DNA of 64,000 bases from Anthoceros angustus. Taxonomy: Eukaryota > Plantae > Anthocerotophyta. This document shows positions 47,901 to 60,775 of the stretch, one piece after another; position 1 is the first letter of the stretch; each line of letters opens with the position of its first letter. The stretch lies in NCBI GenBank assembly GCA_010909165.1, contig VJWM01000068.1:558001-622000 (forward strand), written 5' to 3'. Below the pieces are notes generated by a model. It saw only the letters and a program-made list of their open reading frames with translations. It was not told the origin of the DNA and did no database searches. The translations under genes were made by a program, and so were the position numbers.

Positions 47901-50900
47901 TACGGAGGTCCTCCAACCTCTACTACCAAAGACAAGAACGCTCTTCGTGGATTTGCCTGCCTTGAATCGCCATGTACTGTGCAAGGCGACCCCTAGGCGG
48001 TGCTCTTCGCCATTGCTCACTATAGGGCCCTTTCTAGGGCCGCCTCCTGACCGTGTCTTCCTTCGCACGACTCTCACATCCCTGCCCGGGACAAAGTTAA
48101 GGAGGCCTTGAGCTCTTCTCTCATGAGCTCGTGGGCTTGAAGGTCAAGCCGCCCAAGTGCCGGTCCGTCTCCGCTGGGATTCTACCTACTTTGCAATTTC
48201 TCACTGGGAGATTGCTCCGGCCTGGATCATGGATTCTAGGGGTCCCTCTGCCTCGACTTCATCGGAGCTTCTGGACCAGCTCGCAGAGGACCTCTCCCAT
48301 GTCGAGGACCTCCTTTGCCGGAGGATGCACAGTGGCCTTTGGAATTCTTTCCTCCTGCTTTGCTAGGCGCCTGTTACCTCATCCAGACGCCTCCATCCTC
48401 GACACTTTTGTCCCTACCGCGGTTTGATAGGAAGATTATGGATACTCTCGGGGACATCCTGGCCTGTGGGCTTTTGAGTGCCCTATGGGCGATCCGCTCA
48501 CTGGCAAGCGCCCCTACTGCAATTTGAGGCACAGTTCCGCCTGGAGGTCTCTTCCCGGCTTTTCCGCGCTGGGCCCTCTCGCCTCGCTTTGGCTTCTCGG
48601 TTCATCCTCCATGACAGCCCTTTCTCGAGGATCTCGACGTGTGGAGGAGGGAACCTTCTCTCCAAACGCCCTGAGGCAAGCTAGGACATGTTATCGGTGG
48701 ATGCTAAGGACTTCCTCCTTTCTCGACATTTATTATCGATGGTTTCGGGGTTGTGCATCTCGCCGAGAAGCGCCGCCAGCTTCCCCCTCCAGACCCCTCC
48801 ATCCCTGTGTCCACAAGGCGGCCCGCCTTGTTCGGGAAGGGCGCAGTGCTTGGCTATTGGCCCGCCCATGCATACGGGTTTTCACATCGCACCAACCACC
48901 TTCACCATCGCGATGCGATTCCGTCTGGCTCGCCCACCGTGGCTTCTTCGCTCCTTACTTGCGAGTGCGGCTCGCCTCGATGATTCCGGGTACACCTTGC
49001 TCGTTGTCCCACGGGTCATCGCATTGCCACTCACGACGCCATCCGCGATGTCATGTTCGCCATCGCCGCGAAAGCGGCTACATGGCATGGAGGAGCGGAT
49101 GTATACTCCGCATGTGTCGCTCAATCCGGCCGACCTGCACTTGTCCGTGGCGACTGTGTTTCGTGGCGTATGTGGTGGTTACCGATCCTACACGTGACAC
49201 CATCTCCGCCAGTCATCACTAACCGTCCGCTGGTTGCCGCCGGAGCTTCTGGACCAGCTCGCAGAGGACCTCTCCCATGTCGAGGACCTCTCCCATGTCG
49301 AGGACCTCCTTTCTTTGGAGGATGCAGGTGGCCTTTGGAATTCTTTCCTCTGTTTTGCTAGGCGCCACAGTTACCTCATCCGTCTGTTGCCTCCATCCCG
49401 ACACTTTTGTCCTGCGGCGGTTTGATAGGAAGATTATGGATACTCTCGGGGACATCCAGGCTCGGGGCTTTTGAGTGCCCTATGGGCGTCGGCCCGGCAA
49501 GCGTCCCTACATGCAATTTGGAGGCAGTGCACTCTCTGGAGGTCTCTTCCCGGCTTTCACAGGCGATTGGGCCCTCTCGCTTTGGCTTCTCGGTTCATCC
49601 TCCATGGCAGGCCCTTTCGGAGGATCTCGTATCAGGTGTGGAGGAGGGAACCTTCTCTCTCCAAACGTCCTTGAGGCAAGCTAGGGACATGTTATCAGTG
49701 GATGCTCGGAAGGACTTCCCTCCTTTCTCGACATTTATTACTGATGGTTTCAAGGGGTTGCAGGCATCTCTGCTCGAGAAGCAGCTCGGCCAGGCTTTCC
49801 AGTCTGCCCTCCAGGACCCCTCCATCCCCAGGTCCACAAGGGCGCGGCTCCGCTCTTGTTCTGGGAAGGGCGCAGGTGCTTGGCTATTGGCCCGCCCATG
49901 CATACGGGTTTTCACATCGCACCAACCACCTTCACTCTGCGATGCGATTCCGGGTACACCTTGCTCGTTGTCCCTCCTAGATGGGCTTTTGAGTGCCCTA
50001 TGGGCGATCCGCTCACGGCGCCATCCAGCGATGTCATGTTCGCCATCGCTCGCGGCGGCTACATGGCATGGAGGAGGCGGATGTATACTCTCCGTCTGGT
50101 CGTTCAATCCGGCCGACTGCACTTGTCCGTGGCGACCGGTTTGATGGCGGATGTGGTGGTTACCGATCCTACGAGACACCATCTCGCTCGGTCATCACTA
50201 GCGTCCGAGTTGGGCTGCCGGAGGCGGTGACTCTCAAGGTCCGCAAATATTGCGGGATGCAAGCGGCCACCTCTTTATTCCGCTTGCACTAAAGCGTATG
50301 GGGCAATGGTGAGGACTTTGACAAATTTGTCAAGTCTGTGCCAAAGCTTACCATGCACGTAGACACGGGTCATTCCTCGACTTCATCGGAGCTTCTGGAC
50401 CAGCTCGCAGAGGACCTCTCCCATGTCGAGGACCTCCCTTTGCCGGAGGATGCAGGTGGCCTTTGGAATTCTTTCCTCCTGCTTTGCTAGGCGCCTGTTA
50501 CCTCATCCAGACGCCATCCTCGACACTTTTGTCCCTACCGCGGTTTGATAGGAAGATTATGGATACTCTCGGGGACATCCTGGCCTGTGGGCTTTTGAGT
50601 GCCCTATGGGCGATCCGCTCACTGTGGCTTCTTCGCTCCTTACTTGCAGTGCGGCTCGCTCTCTCTGGAGGTCTCTTCCCGGCGGCTTTCACAGGCGATT
50701 GGGCCCTCTCGCTTTGGCTTCTCGGTTCATCCTCCATGACAGCCCTTTCGGAGGATCTCGACGTGTGGAGGAGGGAACCTTCTCCAAACGCCCTTGAGGC
50801 AAGCTAGGACATGTTATCGTGGATGCTAAGGACTTCCTCCTTTCTCGACATTTATTATCGATGGTTTCGAGGGGTTGCATCTCGCCGAGAAGCGCCGCCA

Positions 50901-51823
50901 GCTTCACCGCCTCCAGACCCTCCATCCCTGTGTCCACAAGGGCGCTGCCCGCCTTGTTCGGGAAGGGCGCAGTGCTTGGCTATTGGCCCGCCCATGCATA
51001 CGGGTTTTCACATCGCACCAACCACCTTCACCATCGCGATGCGATTCCGTCTGGCTCGCCCACCGTGGCTTCTTCGCTCCTTACTTGCGAGTGCGGCTCG
51101 CCTCGATGATTCCGGGTACACCTTGCTCGTTGTCCCACGGGTCATCGATTGCCACTCACGACGCCATCCGCGATGTCATGTTCGCCATCGCCGCGAAAGC
51201 GGCTACATGGCATGGAGGGAGCGGATGTATACTCCGCATGTGTCGCTCAATCCGGCCGACTGCACTTGTCCGTGGCGACTGTGTTTCGTGGCGTATGTGG
51301 TGGTTACCGATCCTACACGAGACACCATCTCCGCCAGTCATCACTAACCGCCCAGACCCCTCCATCCCAGGTCCACAAGGCGGCTCTCAAGGTCCGCAAA
51401 TATTGCGGGATGCAAGCGGCCACCTCTTTATTCCGCTTGCACTAGAACGATGTAATGGTCGAGGACTTTGACAAATTTGTCAAGTCTGTGCCAAAGCTTA
51501 CCATGCACGAGACACCATCTCTGGGGCTGCAGTTCTAGGGGTCCCTCTCAGATTACAAAGATACTTCCGACAACGGGTTTCAATTGCCCTTCAACGCGCC
51601 TCAACGGCGATCCTCCACAAGGCGGCGGTGGGTGGCGCATCTTCCTCTACCTCCGTGGTTTGCGGGCCGTTTATTCTTCCCGCATATGACATTGTGGGTG
51701 CGATGGGTGACTTTAGGTAGGGAGCTTATTTGCTCCTCTTCACCTTGACCCCTGGTCCTCTTTGGTTGTCCCCTCCTAGATGGGCTTTTCCCATCGTTTT
51801 TCACTTCAATAAAATATTTCCTT
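41996..51823 (+). mobile_element. CRE-like non-LTR retrotransposon (RT + restriction-like endonuclease), internally repeated and frameshifted
   Basis: N-terminal C2H2 finger CPVC..THIGHMH (~43320-43385); LLLLPRWCL; RT motifs RPLAVGEAFMRL, DVENAFNTISR (4 copies: ~44410, 45360, 46860, 47800), QGDPLGGALF, GLKVKPPKC. C-terminal CECG..C, HDAIRDV, PADL, DVVVTDP, KVRKY, FIPLALE (3 copies). AATAAA at 51808; flanking direct repeat ACTAACGAGT at 41986-41995 and 51824-51833. Confidence 0.8.
42026..42955 (+). repeat. Extremely G/GC-rich low-complexity tract (GGGAG, then GCGG/GCGC)
   Basis: Almost devoid of T. Purine-rich first third, CpG-saturated remainder. Lies in the putative 5' UTR of the non-LTR element. 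Confidence 0.9.
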
Positions 51824-51833
51824 ACTAACGAGT

Positions 51834-54800
51834 TGTGGAATGGGTTTTTGCATCCGAAGACGCAAAGAGGCCACATTTACCCTCTATGTCGTTATAGTCC
51901 TAGGATTCGATCCCAAGGGAATGGTGTTGTGTCAAGGTGTTCGGAATCTATGGATTCTAGACCTACCCCGTCGCTCACTACCCCACCTTCTCCAGCTACT
52001 CTGCCCAAACCCACCACCGTGGTAGACTCGGCCACCGTGGTAGACTCGGCCACCGTGGCGGGTCCCACCACAGACCCCTCTCGCCTCGGCCTTCGCGGAG
52101 TCTATTCGTCACGGCTTCTCGGCGGACCTAGGGGCTATGGGCATACGGACACCTATATACACCTCACTTTACTTCTGGGAATTTCTGCGATTCCACCGCA
52201 CGCTTCCACTCCTCTTACGCATTTCCGATTTTCCCTCACACACTCTCACAATCCCTCCCAGCGCGCACTCATCTACCCTTTCGGGAACCTCCCCCTTCCT
52301 AATGAACTCTCCCTCGTCTCACGGGCCACAGACCCCTCCTTGGGCCACACAGACCCCTCCTTGGGCCACACAGACCCCTCTCTCATGGAATGAACACACC
52401 TGGTGGCAGCAGTTGGAAAAGAGGATCAGGAAGAAAACCCCGGTCAGTGCTTGGGCGATTCGCCTTCCGGCAGTTCCGCCTCAGCCTTCCGCGGCAATTC
52501 CTACCTCTTTTTCCGGCTACCTTCCGTTACCCCAGGCGTGGAGCTTGGCCACTCCGCTCTCGACCATCCAGAGATCTTCCCGGCCTTCTTGTGACCAGAA
52601 GACGGTGCGCCCGTTTGATCTTGACGGGCGTCTCCAATCAACCCCACACGAGGTTCGATACGGAAGTTCACACGAAATCGTCATCTTTGAGAGACACCCA
52701 AAGGGTCTCTTATACATCCGGGCCGTGGTCCAACACGGCTCACTTCTCTTTAGTGTCTAAAATTGTAGCTCCTACCACGGCGCCTTACCAATCTAAGCAA
52801 CATGACTCTGGTGATGGAACTCCCTATCCTCTGAAAAACCCGGTCCTAGGCTATCGCGACTCCCCTAAAATCAGTGCCGCCTCGCGATTCTTTGCCTCGC
52901 CCTCGGCCCATGGGGACCCCTCTCGCTCTTGACCTCGCCTCGATCCGGCGATTTTCCCCACAACCTCCACCTCACTCTCCTTTTGAGTTTCCCTCGCGCC
53001 TTCCAGCGGACGTTGCGCCTTTGTGACCTCTATGTCCATTGTCCGCTCCTCCTCATTTGGACAACCATACCGTGTGCTCCTCCTCCATGCTCGCTGCGCC
53101 TCGCTCATCTCTTCCGGCACCACTTGCGGAGGATAGGCGCCCGCTCCTACTCGAAGGAACCAGCAGTAGCGCTTTGTGGCGGTCAAGATGTCTGACCGGT
53201 GGTTTACGCCCCTCCATCCCAACAACCACATACGTTTAGAGTGAGCACCGCTCACCATGCGGCGGCGAGGACATGAGCATCCTCATCCGGGCCGTAACTG
53301 TCGCCCGATCTGGTCCTTACCCTCTCCTCCGTGGACAATCACAGGCGGTGCTGTTGATTCTCGGAGATCATCCCTCCATCTGCGACACTCCAGCCGGTGA
53401 CTTCCCCACCTCGGTTCCCGTTCCACGGCGGTGGCTGGTTTAGCCACCGTGGTGGTTCTTCCACGGTGGTTGCTTGGCTCCTGCGGTGGCATGCTCGGCC
53501 TTTCTTGGTTTGGCCACCTCTCTCTTGACTCGGCCTAACCCGTCTCTTTCCGCTTGTACCTCTCCTTGACTTCTTGAATTTCTCCAAGGCGCCATCGCTT
53601 CCACTGCTCCTGGACTCGAGACCTCATCTTGAAGCTCTTCAATTGTAGCATCGCCCCTTGACTGATTTACTAAGGCCTCTGAGTGGACATGTCCCTTAAG
53701 CGCTCCTGCCTTGCATAAGGCCGCACTCCGTCTGCGCTCCTCGGCCGCCTTGCTCTCGCCTTCCGGGCTTCCAACTTCTCCTTGAGCAACTTCTCCTGTT
53801 GGCCTTGCACTCGGCCGGTGAGAGCCATGGGCTTGATCGAGGAGATCACTGCGTCATGCCATGGCGAAGTCAAACCACCAAATCCCCAAATTGGGCTGTC
53901 CCTTTGCCCATCCGCCTCCACAACAATTCTCGGCGGTGTCTCCTATCCCCACCTCGGCCGGATGGTTCGGTGAAATGTCGCCAAAATATCCGGAGCTCGT
54001 TGCGGTCTCGGCTGAAGTTAACCCCTCCTCTCCTAGGGGTTGATGCCTTGCCTCTTCCCGCTCCATTCTCCCCTAGCGGATTCATCCCACAGGAGGGAGC
54101 AACTTGCCATTTCCCTTTATTTTCTCCTCCTTTACCGCGTTCTGCTGTAGTCTTGACTGGTGACCACAGGTGTGGCTGGGTTCCTCCTCTGTGCTCCTCC
54201 CTTTTCGCCGACCCCTGCTCGACTGCCGCCGCCTTCGCTTACCCTTGGAAACTTCCCCACCCTCTTAGAACCTTCGAGGCGCATTCCCAAGCTGGAATCC
54301 TTGCAGAATCCTCCTTAAATTCCTCCTCTTCTACCTTGAGTTCCCCGACCGGCTTCCAACCATGCGGGCGGACCGACTTCAACTCCGTTAAACACGGAAT
54401 GCGCAAATACATGAATCGAGAAAAGGCGAAATCAAGGAGGGCCGAGGGAAGGAGAGAGTAAATTCGCCTTCTCCTCACAGGCTCTTTGAAAATCATCCTC
54501 CCCAATCAATTTGTGTACCCTTGACCACCTCGTGAAGAAAAACCAAGAAGTGATCCGCCATATGATCCGACTTAGGTTACATAGGAAACACAAAATCCAT
54601 TTGGCCAATCCACAGGCGGTGCTGTTGATTCTCGGAGATCATCCCTCCATCTGCGACACTCCAGCCGGTGACTTCCCCACCTCGGTTCCCGTTCCACGGC
54701 GGTGGCTGGTTTAGCCACCGTGGTGGTTACTTCCCGGTGGTTGCTTGGCTCTGCGGTGGGCGGCTCGGCCTTTCTTGGTTTGGCCACCTCTCTCTTGACT

Positions 54801-57800
54801 CGGCCCTAGCTTCGCCTCTTTCCGCTTGTACCTCTCCATGACTTCTTGAATTTCTCCAAGGCGCCATCGCTTCCACACTCTGGACTCGCGAGACCTCATC
54901 TTGAAGCTCTTCAATTGTAGCATCGCCCCTTGACTGATTTACTAAGGCCTCTGAGTGGACATGTCCCTTAAGCGCTCCATGCCTTGCATAAGGCCGCACT
55001 CCGTCTGCGCTCCTCGGCCTTGCTCTCGCCTTCCGGGCTTCCAACTTCTCCTTGAGCAACTTCTCCTGTTGGCCTTGCACTCGGCCGGTGAGAGCCATGG
55101 GCTTGATCGAGGAGATCACTGCGTCTGCCATGGCGAAGTCAAACCACCAAATCCCCAAATTGGGCTGTCCCTTTGCCCATCCGCCTCCACAACAATTCTC
55201 GGCGGTGTCTCCTATCCCCACCTCGGGGATGGTTCGGTGAAATGTCGCCAAAATATCCGGAGCTCGTTGCGGTCTTGGCTGAAGTTAACCCCTCCTCTCC
55301 TAGGGGTTGATGCCTTGCCTCTTCCCCGCTCCATTCTCCCCTAGCGGCAGCGATTCATCCCACAGGAGGGAGCAACTTGCCATTTCCCTTTATTTTCTCC
55401 TCCTTTACCGCGTTCTGCTGCGTCTTGACTGGTGACCACAGGTGTGGCTGGGTTCCTCCTCCGCCGCCTTCTTGTGTCCTCCCTTTTCGCCGACCCCTGC
55501 TCGACTGCCGCCGCCTTCGCTTCTTACCCTTGGAAACTTCCCCACCCTCTTAGAACCTTCGAGGCGCATTCCCAAGCTGGAATCCTTGCCCGAATCCTCC
55601 TTAAATTCCTCCTCTTCTACCTTGAGTTCCCCGACCGGCTTCCAACCATGCGGGCGGACCGACTTCAACTCCGTTAAACACGGAATGCAAATACATGAAT
55701 CGGAAAAGGCGAAATCAAGGAGGGCCGAGGAAGAGAGTAAATTCGCCTTCTCCTCACAGGCTCTTTCGAAAATCATCCTTCCCCAATCAATTTGTGTACC
55801 CTTGACCACCTCGTGAAGAAAAACCAAGTGATCCGCCATATGATCCGACTTAGGTTACATAGGAAACACAAAATCCATTTGGCCAATCCACAGGCGGTGC
55901 GAACACGAGTTGGCGAGTCACCCATTATTCCTCTCACTTCCCAGGCTTCATGGCGCAGCTCTCAAGGTCTTCTTTATTTGGGGTCAATCACCAAGCTCCC
56001 ATCTTGATGCTTCTCGCCCATACCTTTGCTCGAAGAGGCCAAATCCAGATTCTGCGGCCTTTTCCTCGCGTCACCCTCTTGCGACTTGGTCCTTAATTGC
56101 GGGCGCACTCTTGCACCAATGCAGTGTCAGAGCACCATTTCTTCTCCATGAACTTGAGGCCCGGCTCACACGGTGCCGGCTCTCACTTTCCGATGGTCCA
56201 TGTTGGGCCCTGCGTGAGTGAGATTTCGGCCGCGGCTCGGGGCGCCATCTCCTTCTCTCGTTGTTTCCCAAAAACAAAACCTCGACTACCCTGCAGTTAC
56301 GGTCGAGAAAAAAATCGAGCCGCCCTCGCGCTCCTTCCACGCCTCCTCGCGAACTTGCGGCGCCCGATTTCTCTCCTCCGCCGCCGCCTGTCACGATCGT
56401 CGCCTTCCTCCTGCAGTGAGGCGGAGATTTGGCTGGCGTGGTTATGCAGCGCGCCCCTCTTCTGCGGCTCGCTCGCCCCTCACGGAAAGTCGCGACCTCG
56501 CGGTCTTGGCTGAAGTTAACCCCTCCTCTCCTAGGGGTTGATGCCGCCTTGCCTCTTCCCGCTCCATTCTCCCCTAGCGGCAGCGATTCATCCCCCCACA
56601 GGAGGGAGCAACTTGCCATTTCCCTTTATTTTCTCCTCCTTTACCGCGTTCTGCTGTAGTCTTGACTGGTGACCACAGGTGTGGCTGGGTTCCTCCTCTG
56701 CTTCTTGTGTCCTCCCTTTTCGCCGACTGCCGCCGCCTTCGCTTACCCTTGGAAACTTCCCCACCCTCTTAGAACCTTCGAGGCGCATTCCCAAGCTGGA
56801 ATCCTTGCCCGAATCCTCCTTAAATTCCTCCTCTTCTACCTTGAGTTCCCCGACCGGCTTCCAACCATGCGGGCGGACCGACTTCAACTCAGTTAAACAC
56901 GGAATGCAAATACATGAATCGAGAAAAGGCGAAATCAAGGAGGGCCGAGGGAAGGAGAGAGTAAGTCGCCTTCTCCTCACAGGCTCTTTGAAAATCATCC
57001 TTCCCCAATCAATTTGTGTACCCTTGACCACCTCGTGAAGAAAAACCAAGAAGTGATCCGCCATATGATCCGACTTAGGTTACATAGGAAACACAAAATC
57101 CATTTGGCCAATCCCACGCTTGAGAACACGAGTTGGCGAGTCACCCGACCATTGTTCACTCTCACTTCCCAGGCTTCATGGCGCGGCTGCGGCTTTCAAG
57201 GTCTTCTTTCACTGGGGTCAATCACCAAGCTCCCATCTTGATGCTTCGCCCATACCTTTGCTCGAAGAGGCCAAATCCAGTTCTGCGGCCTTTTCCTCGC
57301 GTCACCCTCTTGCGACTTGGTCCTTAATTGCGGGCGCACTCTTGCACCAATGCGGTGTCGTAGCACCATTTCTTCTCCATGAACTTGAGGCCCGGCTCAC
57401 GCACCGGCCGGCTCTCACTTTCCGATGGTCCATGTTGGGCCCTGCGTGAGTGAGATTTCGGCCGCGGCTCGGGCGCCATCTCCTTCTCGTTGTTTCCCAA
57501 AACAAAACCTCGACTACCCTGCAGTTACGGTCGGAAAAAAATCGAGCCGCCCTCGCGCTCCTTCCACGCCTCCTCGCGAACTTGCGGCGCCCGATTTCTC
57601 TCCTCCGCCGCCGCCTGTCACGATCGTCGCGCCCTTCCTCCTGCAGTGAGGCGGAGATTTGGCTGGCGTGGTTATGCGCGCCCCTCTTCTGCGGCTCGCT
57701 CGCCCCTCACGGAAAGTCGCGACCTCGCGGTCTTTGGGTGTGCCCTTCTCCCGATTGCGCTCCGTGGGGTAGTCCCGCCCGCCACTAGGGGTTGTAAATT

Positions 57801-59307
57801 CCCACAGTGCATGCGTCCGTTTCTCGGCCACCGTGGTGGAACTAGCCACCACCCTTGACTACTCAAGCGTGGCATATTGTGAGCATCCCTAGCATATATA
57901 GACACCTTTTATTCTAAAATTCCCAATACCCAAGGACTCTATTTCTACCCACCCTCCGGGTCAAACCTAAGGGTCGAAAAATTATTATTATCTCCAAGGG
58001 CCAAGGACCATTCCGTATAAAAGACGACTCGATGATTCTCAAAGCACTTTGCTATTCTAACACATCAAAACAAAAAAAATCGTTCATCCGACACTTGGGA
58101 GGCGGGGTTAGTGCACATGTGGTCTTCCACAGTGCATACATCCAACTAACGGGGCAAACATCCAACAAAACCGGGTAGACTTGCAAGGATCATTTGCTAG
58201 GCTAGAGCAATGTATGGTAATATCTGATTCAATGCTTTTAGGCATTAGTAAATTCCTTAAATGTGTGTTCTTGCATTCCCTCTTTGAAATGTACAAGGGT
58301 TTACGAAGATAACATTTGCACCACGTTGAAAAGATGTTTGGGATAGACTCATTCCTATCTAGGTAATGAGATGGTTTTCTATATGGAATAAGTGTTGCTC
58401 AATAATATGATTTTCATTGTTTGATCTTTCCTCTTTTCGGTCACTTCACGATTTTGCATTATTTCTTCATCATCAAGTCACATCCGAATTCAACATGGTG
58501 TGAGATTTTATTAGATCCGATGCAAATGGCCCAAAAAGTGACTGGAGCATAGTGAGAGAAAATTTTCAAAACAACTTTTGCAAAGGTTGGAAAAGTTCTA
58601 TGGCCAAACGTGGTGGATAGTGCCGTAAATTTGCTCGACAATGATTTTATGTGTCTTCTTGGTAATTATGATGATAAAGCTCTCAACATTGCTTTGAAAG
58701 AAGTTGAAGAAGGTGTTGCGACTTCAACAGGCGAAGAGTAGAGGTAAGTTAAATTGCTTCAAACTTCTACAATGTCTTCTATTTGAACATTGTTTTTTGC
58801 TCTAACATTATTCTCAATTCGTAGGTACTTCCTGTGAGTGTCGGGCATCATGTGTGATGGCATGTTTTCCTCTATTGTATTTAAATAAGAAAGCATTACA
58901 TTATCTAAAATACTAGACTTCAACGCTAAATATTGGATGTCCTATATAATGGACAATATGGTTATATAGATATAAGAGAAATCAAGTTAAGTCTTGATTA
59001 CAGCAGCGCTGTAGAGTAATTCGGTCCATATCTTGGGGCATTGAAGTGGTTTATTTGTATGAGCTGTGATCAATCCGAAGAAGTCGTTTTAGTAGGCCGA
59101 TTGTTTGTATTCAAAGACGGCACTAATTAGGATATTACGGATAGGAATCGAAAATTATTATTATCTCCAAGGGCCAAGGACCATTCCGTATAAAAGACGA
59201 CTCGATGATTCTCAAAGCACTTTGCTATTCTAACACATCCAAAACAAAAAAAAAATCGTTCATCCTGACACTTGGGAGCGGGGTTAGTGCACATGTGGTC
59301 TTCCACA
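51834..59307. mobile_element. LTR-type-terminus element (large solo LTR or internally deleted element) with frameshifted ORFs on both strands
   Basis: Termini TGTGGAA (51834-51840) and TTCCACA (59301-59307) are inverted repeats with 5-bp TSD CGAGT (51829-51833, 59308-59312). Internal duplications ~53340-54610 / 54610-55900 / part of 56500-57120, and 55900-56500 / 57120-57730. No gag, protease, RT or integrase motif seen. Confidence 0.7.
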
Positions 59308-60360
59308 CGAGTGCATACATCCAACTAACGGGGGCAAACATCCAACAAACCAGGGTAGACTTGCAAGGATCATTTGCTAGGCTAGAGCAATGTATGGTAA
59401 TATACAGTTCAACAGTTTTACAGGGCATTAGTAAGAATTCCTTAAATGTGTGTTCTTGCATTCCCTCTTTGAAATGTACAAGGGTTTACGAAGATAACAT
59501 TTGCACCCACGTTGAAAAGATGTTTGGGATAGACTCATTCCTATCTAGGTAATGAGATGGTTTTTCTATATGGAATAAGTGTTGCTCAATAATATGATTT
59601 TCATTGTTTGATCTTTCCTCTTTTCAGGTCACTTCACGATTTTGCATTATTTCTTCATCACGAAGTCACATCCCGGAATTCAACATGGTGTGAGATTTTA
59701 TTAGATCCGATGCAAATGGCCCAAAAAGTGACCTGGAGCATAGTGAGAGAAAAATTTTCAAAACAACTTTTGCAAAGGTTGGAAAAGTTCTATGGCCAAA
59801 CGTGGGTGGATAGTGCCAGAAATTTGCTCGACAATGATTTTATGTGTCTTTACTGGTAATTATGATGATAAAGCTCTCAACATTGCTTTGAAAGAAGTTG
59901 AAGAAGGTGTTGCAGCTTTCAACAGAGGCGAAGAGAGTAGAGGTAAGTTAAATTGCTTCAAACTTCTACAATGTCTTCTATTTCTGAACATTGTTTTTTT
60001 GCTCTAACATTATTCTCAATTCCGTAGGTACTTCTGCACTGTGAGAGTGTCGGGCATCATGTGCTTGATGGCAGCTGTTTTCCTCTATTGTATTTAAATA
60101 AGAAAGCATTGCTGTTATCTAAAATACTAGACTTCAACGCTAAATATTGGATGTCCTATATAATGGACAATATGGTTATATAGATATAAGAGAAATCAAG
60201 TTAAGTCTTGATTACAGCAGCGCTGTAGAGTAATTCGGTCCATATCTTGGGGCATTGAAGTGGTTTATTTGTATGAGCTGTGATCAATCCGAAGAAGTCG
60301 TTTTAGTAGGCCGATTGTTTGTATTCAAAGACGGCACTAATTAGGATATTACAGATAGGA
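57975..60360. repeat. ~1.2-kb tandem duplication spanning the element end and its flank
   Basis: 57975-59148 vs ~59149-60360. The first copy differs mainly by many single-base deletions. Confidence 0.9.
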
Positions 60361-60586
60361 ATCAGAAAATTAGAGACATATAGCATACTCGAAGTGGAGG
60401 TACAAACTTATATCTATATAGGTTGTGAGTGGAAAACCATAACTCATCACTTGAAGACTTGATCAGTATTGTGTAGCCGAACAAGAATGTGTGTAAGATA
60501 TTGCTAAGAAAAGAATTGTGATATATGAGATATGACAAGGGATATAATGCTGTAAGGGAATTGGGATTTGGAGCGTTATGAAAACT

Positions 60587-60775
60587 AAAGTGAGATAGTT
60601 TTCAATCAAAAGTATACCTTCTTAGAAATTAAAGTTAGTTAGTTCTTAAGTTAGTATCAATTTCTTGATGCAATTGTTCTAATCAAAGTGTGATAGTTTT
60701 GTATCAAAATTATACCTTCATAGAAATTCAAGTTAGTTAATTCTTAGATTAGTATCAATTTCATGATGCATTGTT
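60587..60775. repeat. ~98-bp AT-rich direct repeat, 2 copies
   Basis: AAAGTG.GATAGTTTT..ATCAAAA.TATACCTTC.TAGAAATT.AAGTTAGTTA..TAGTATCAATTTC.TGATGCA twice. Confidence 0.85.
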
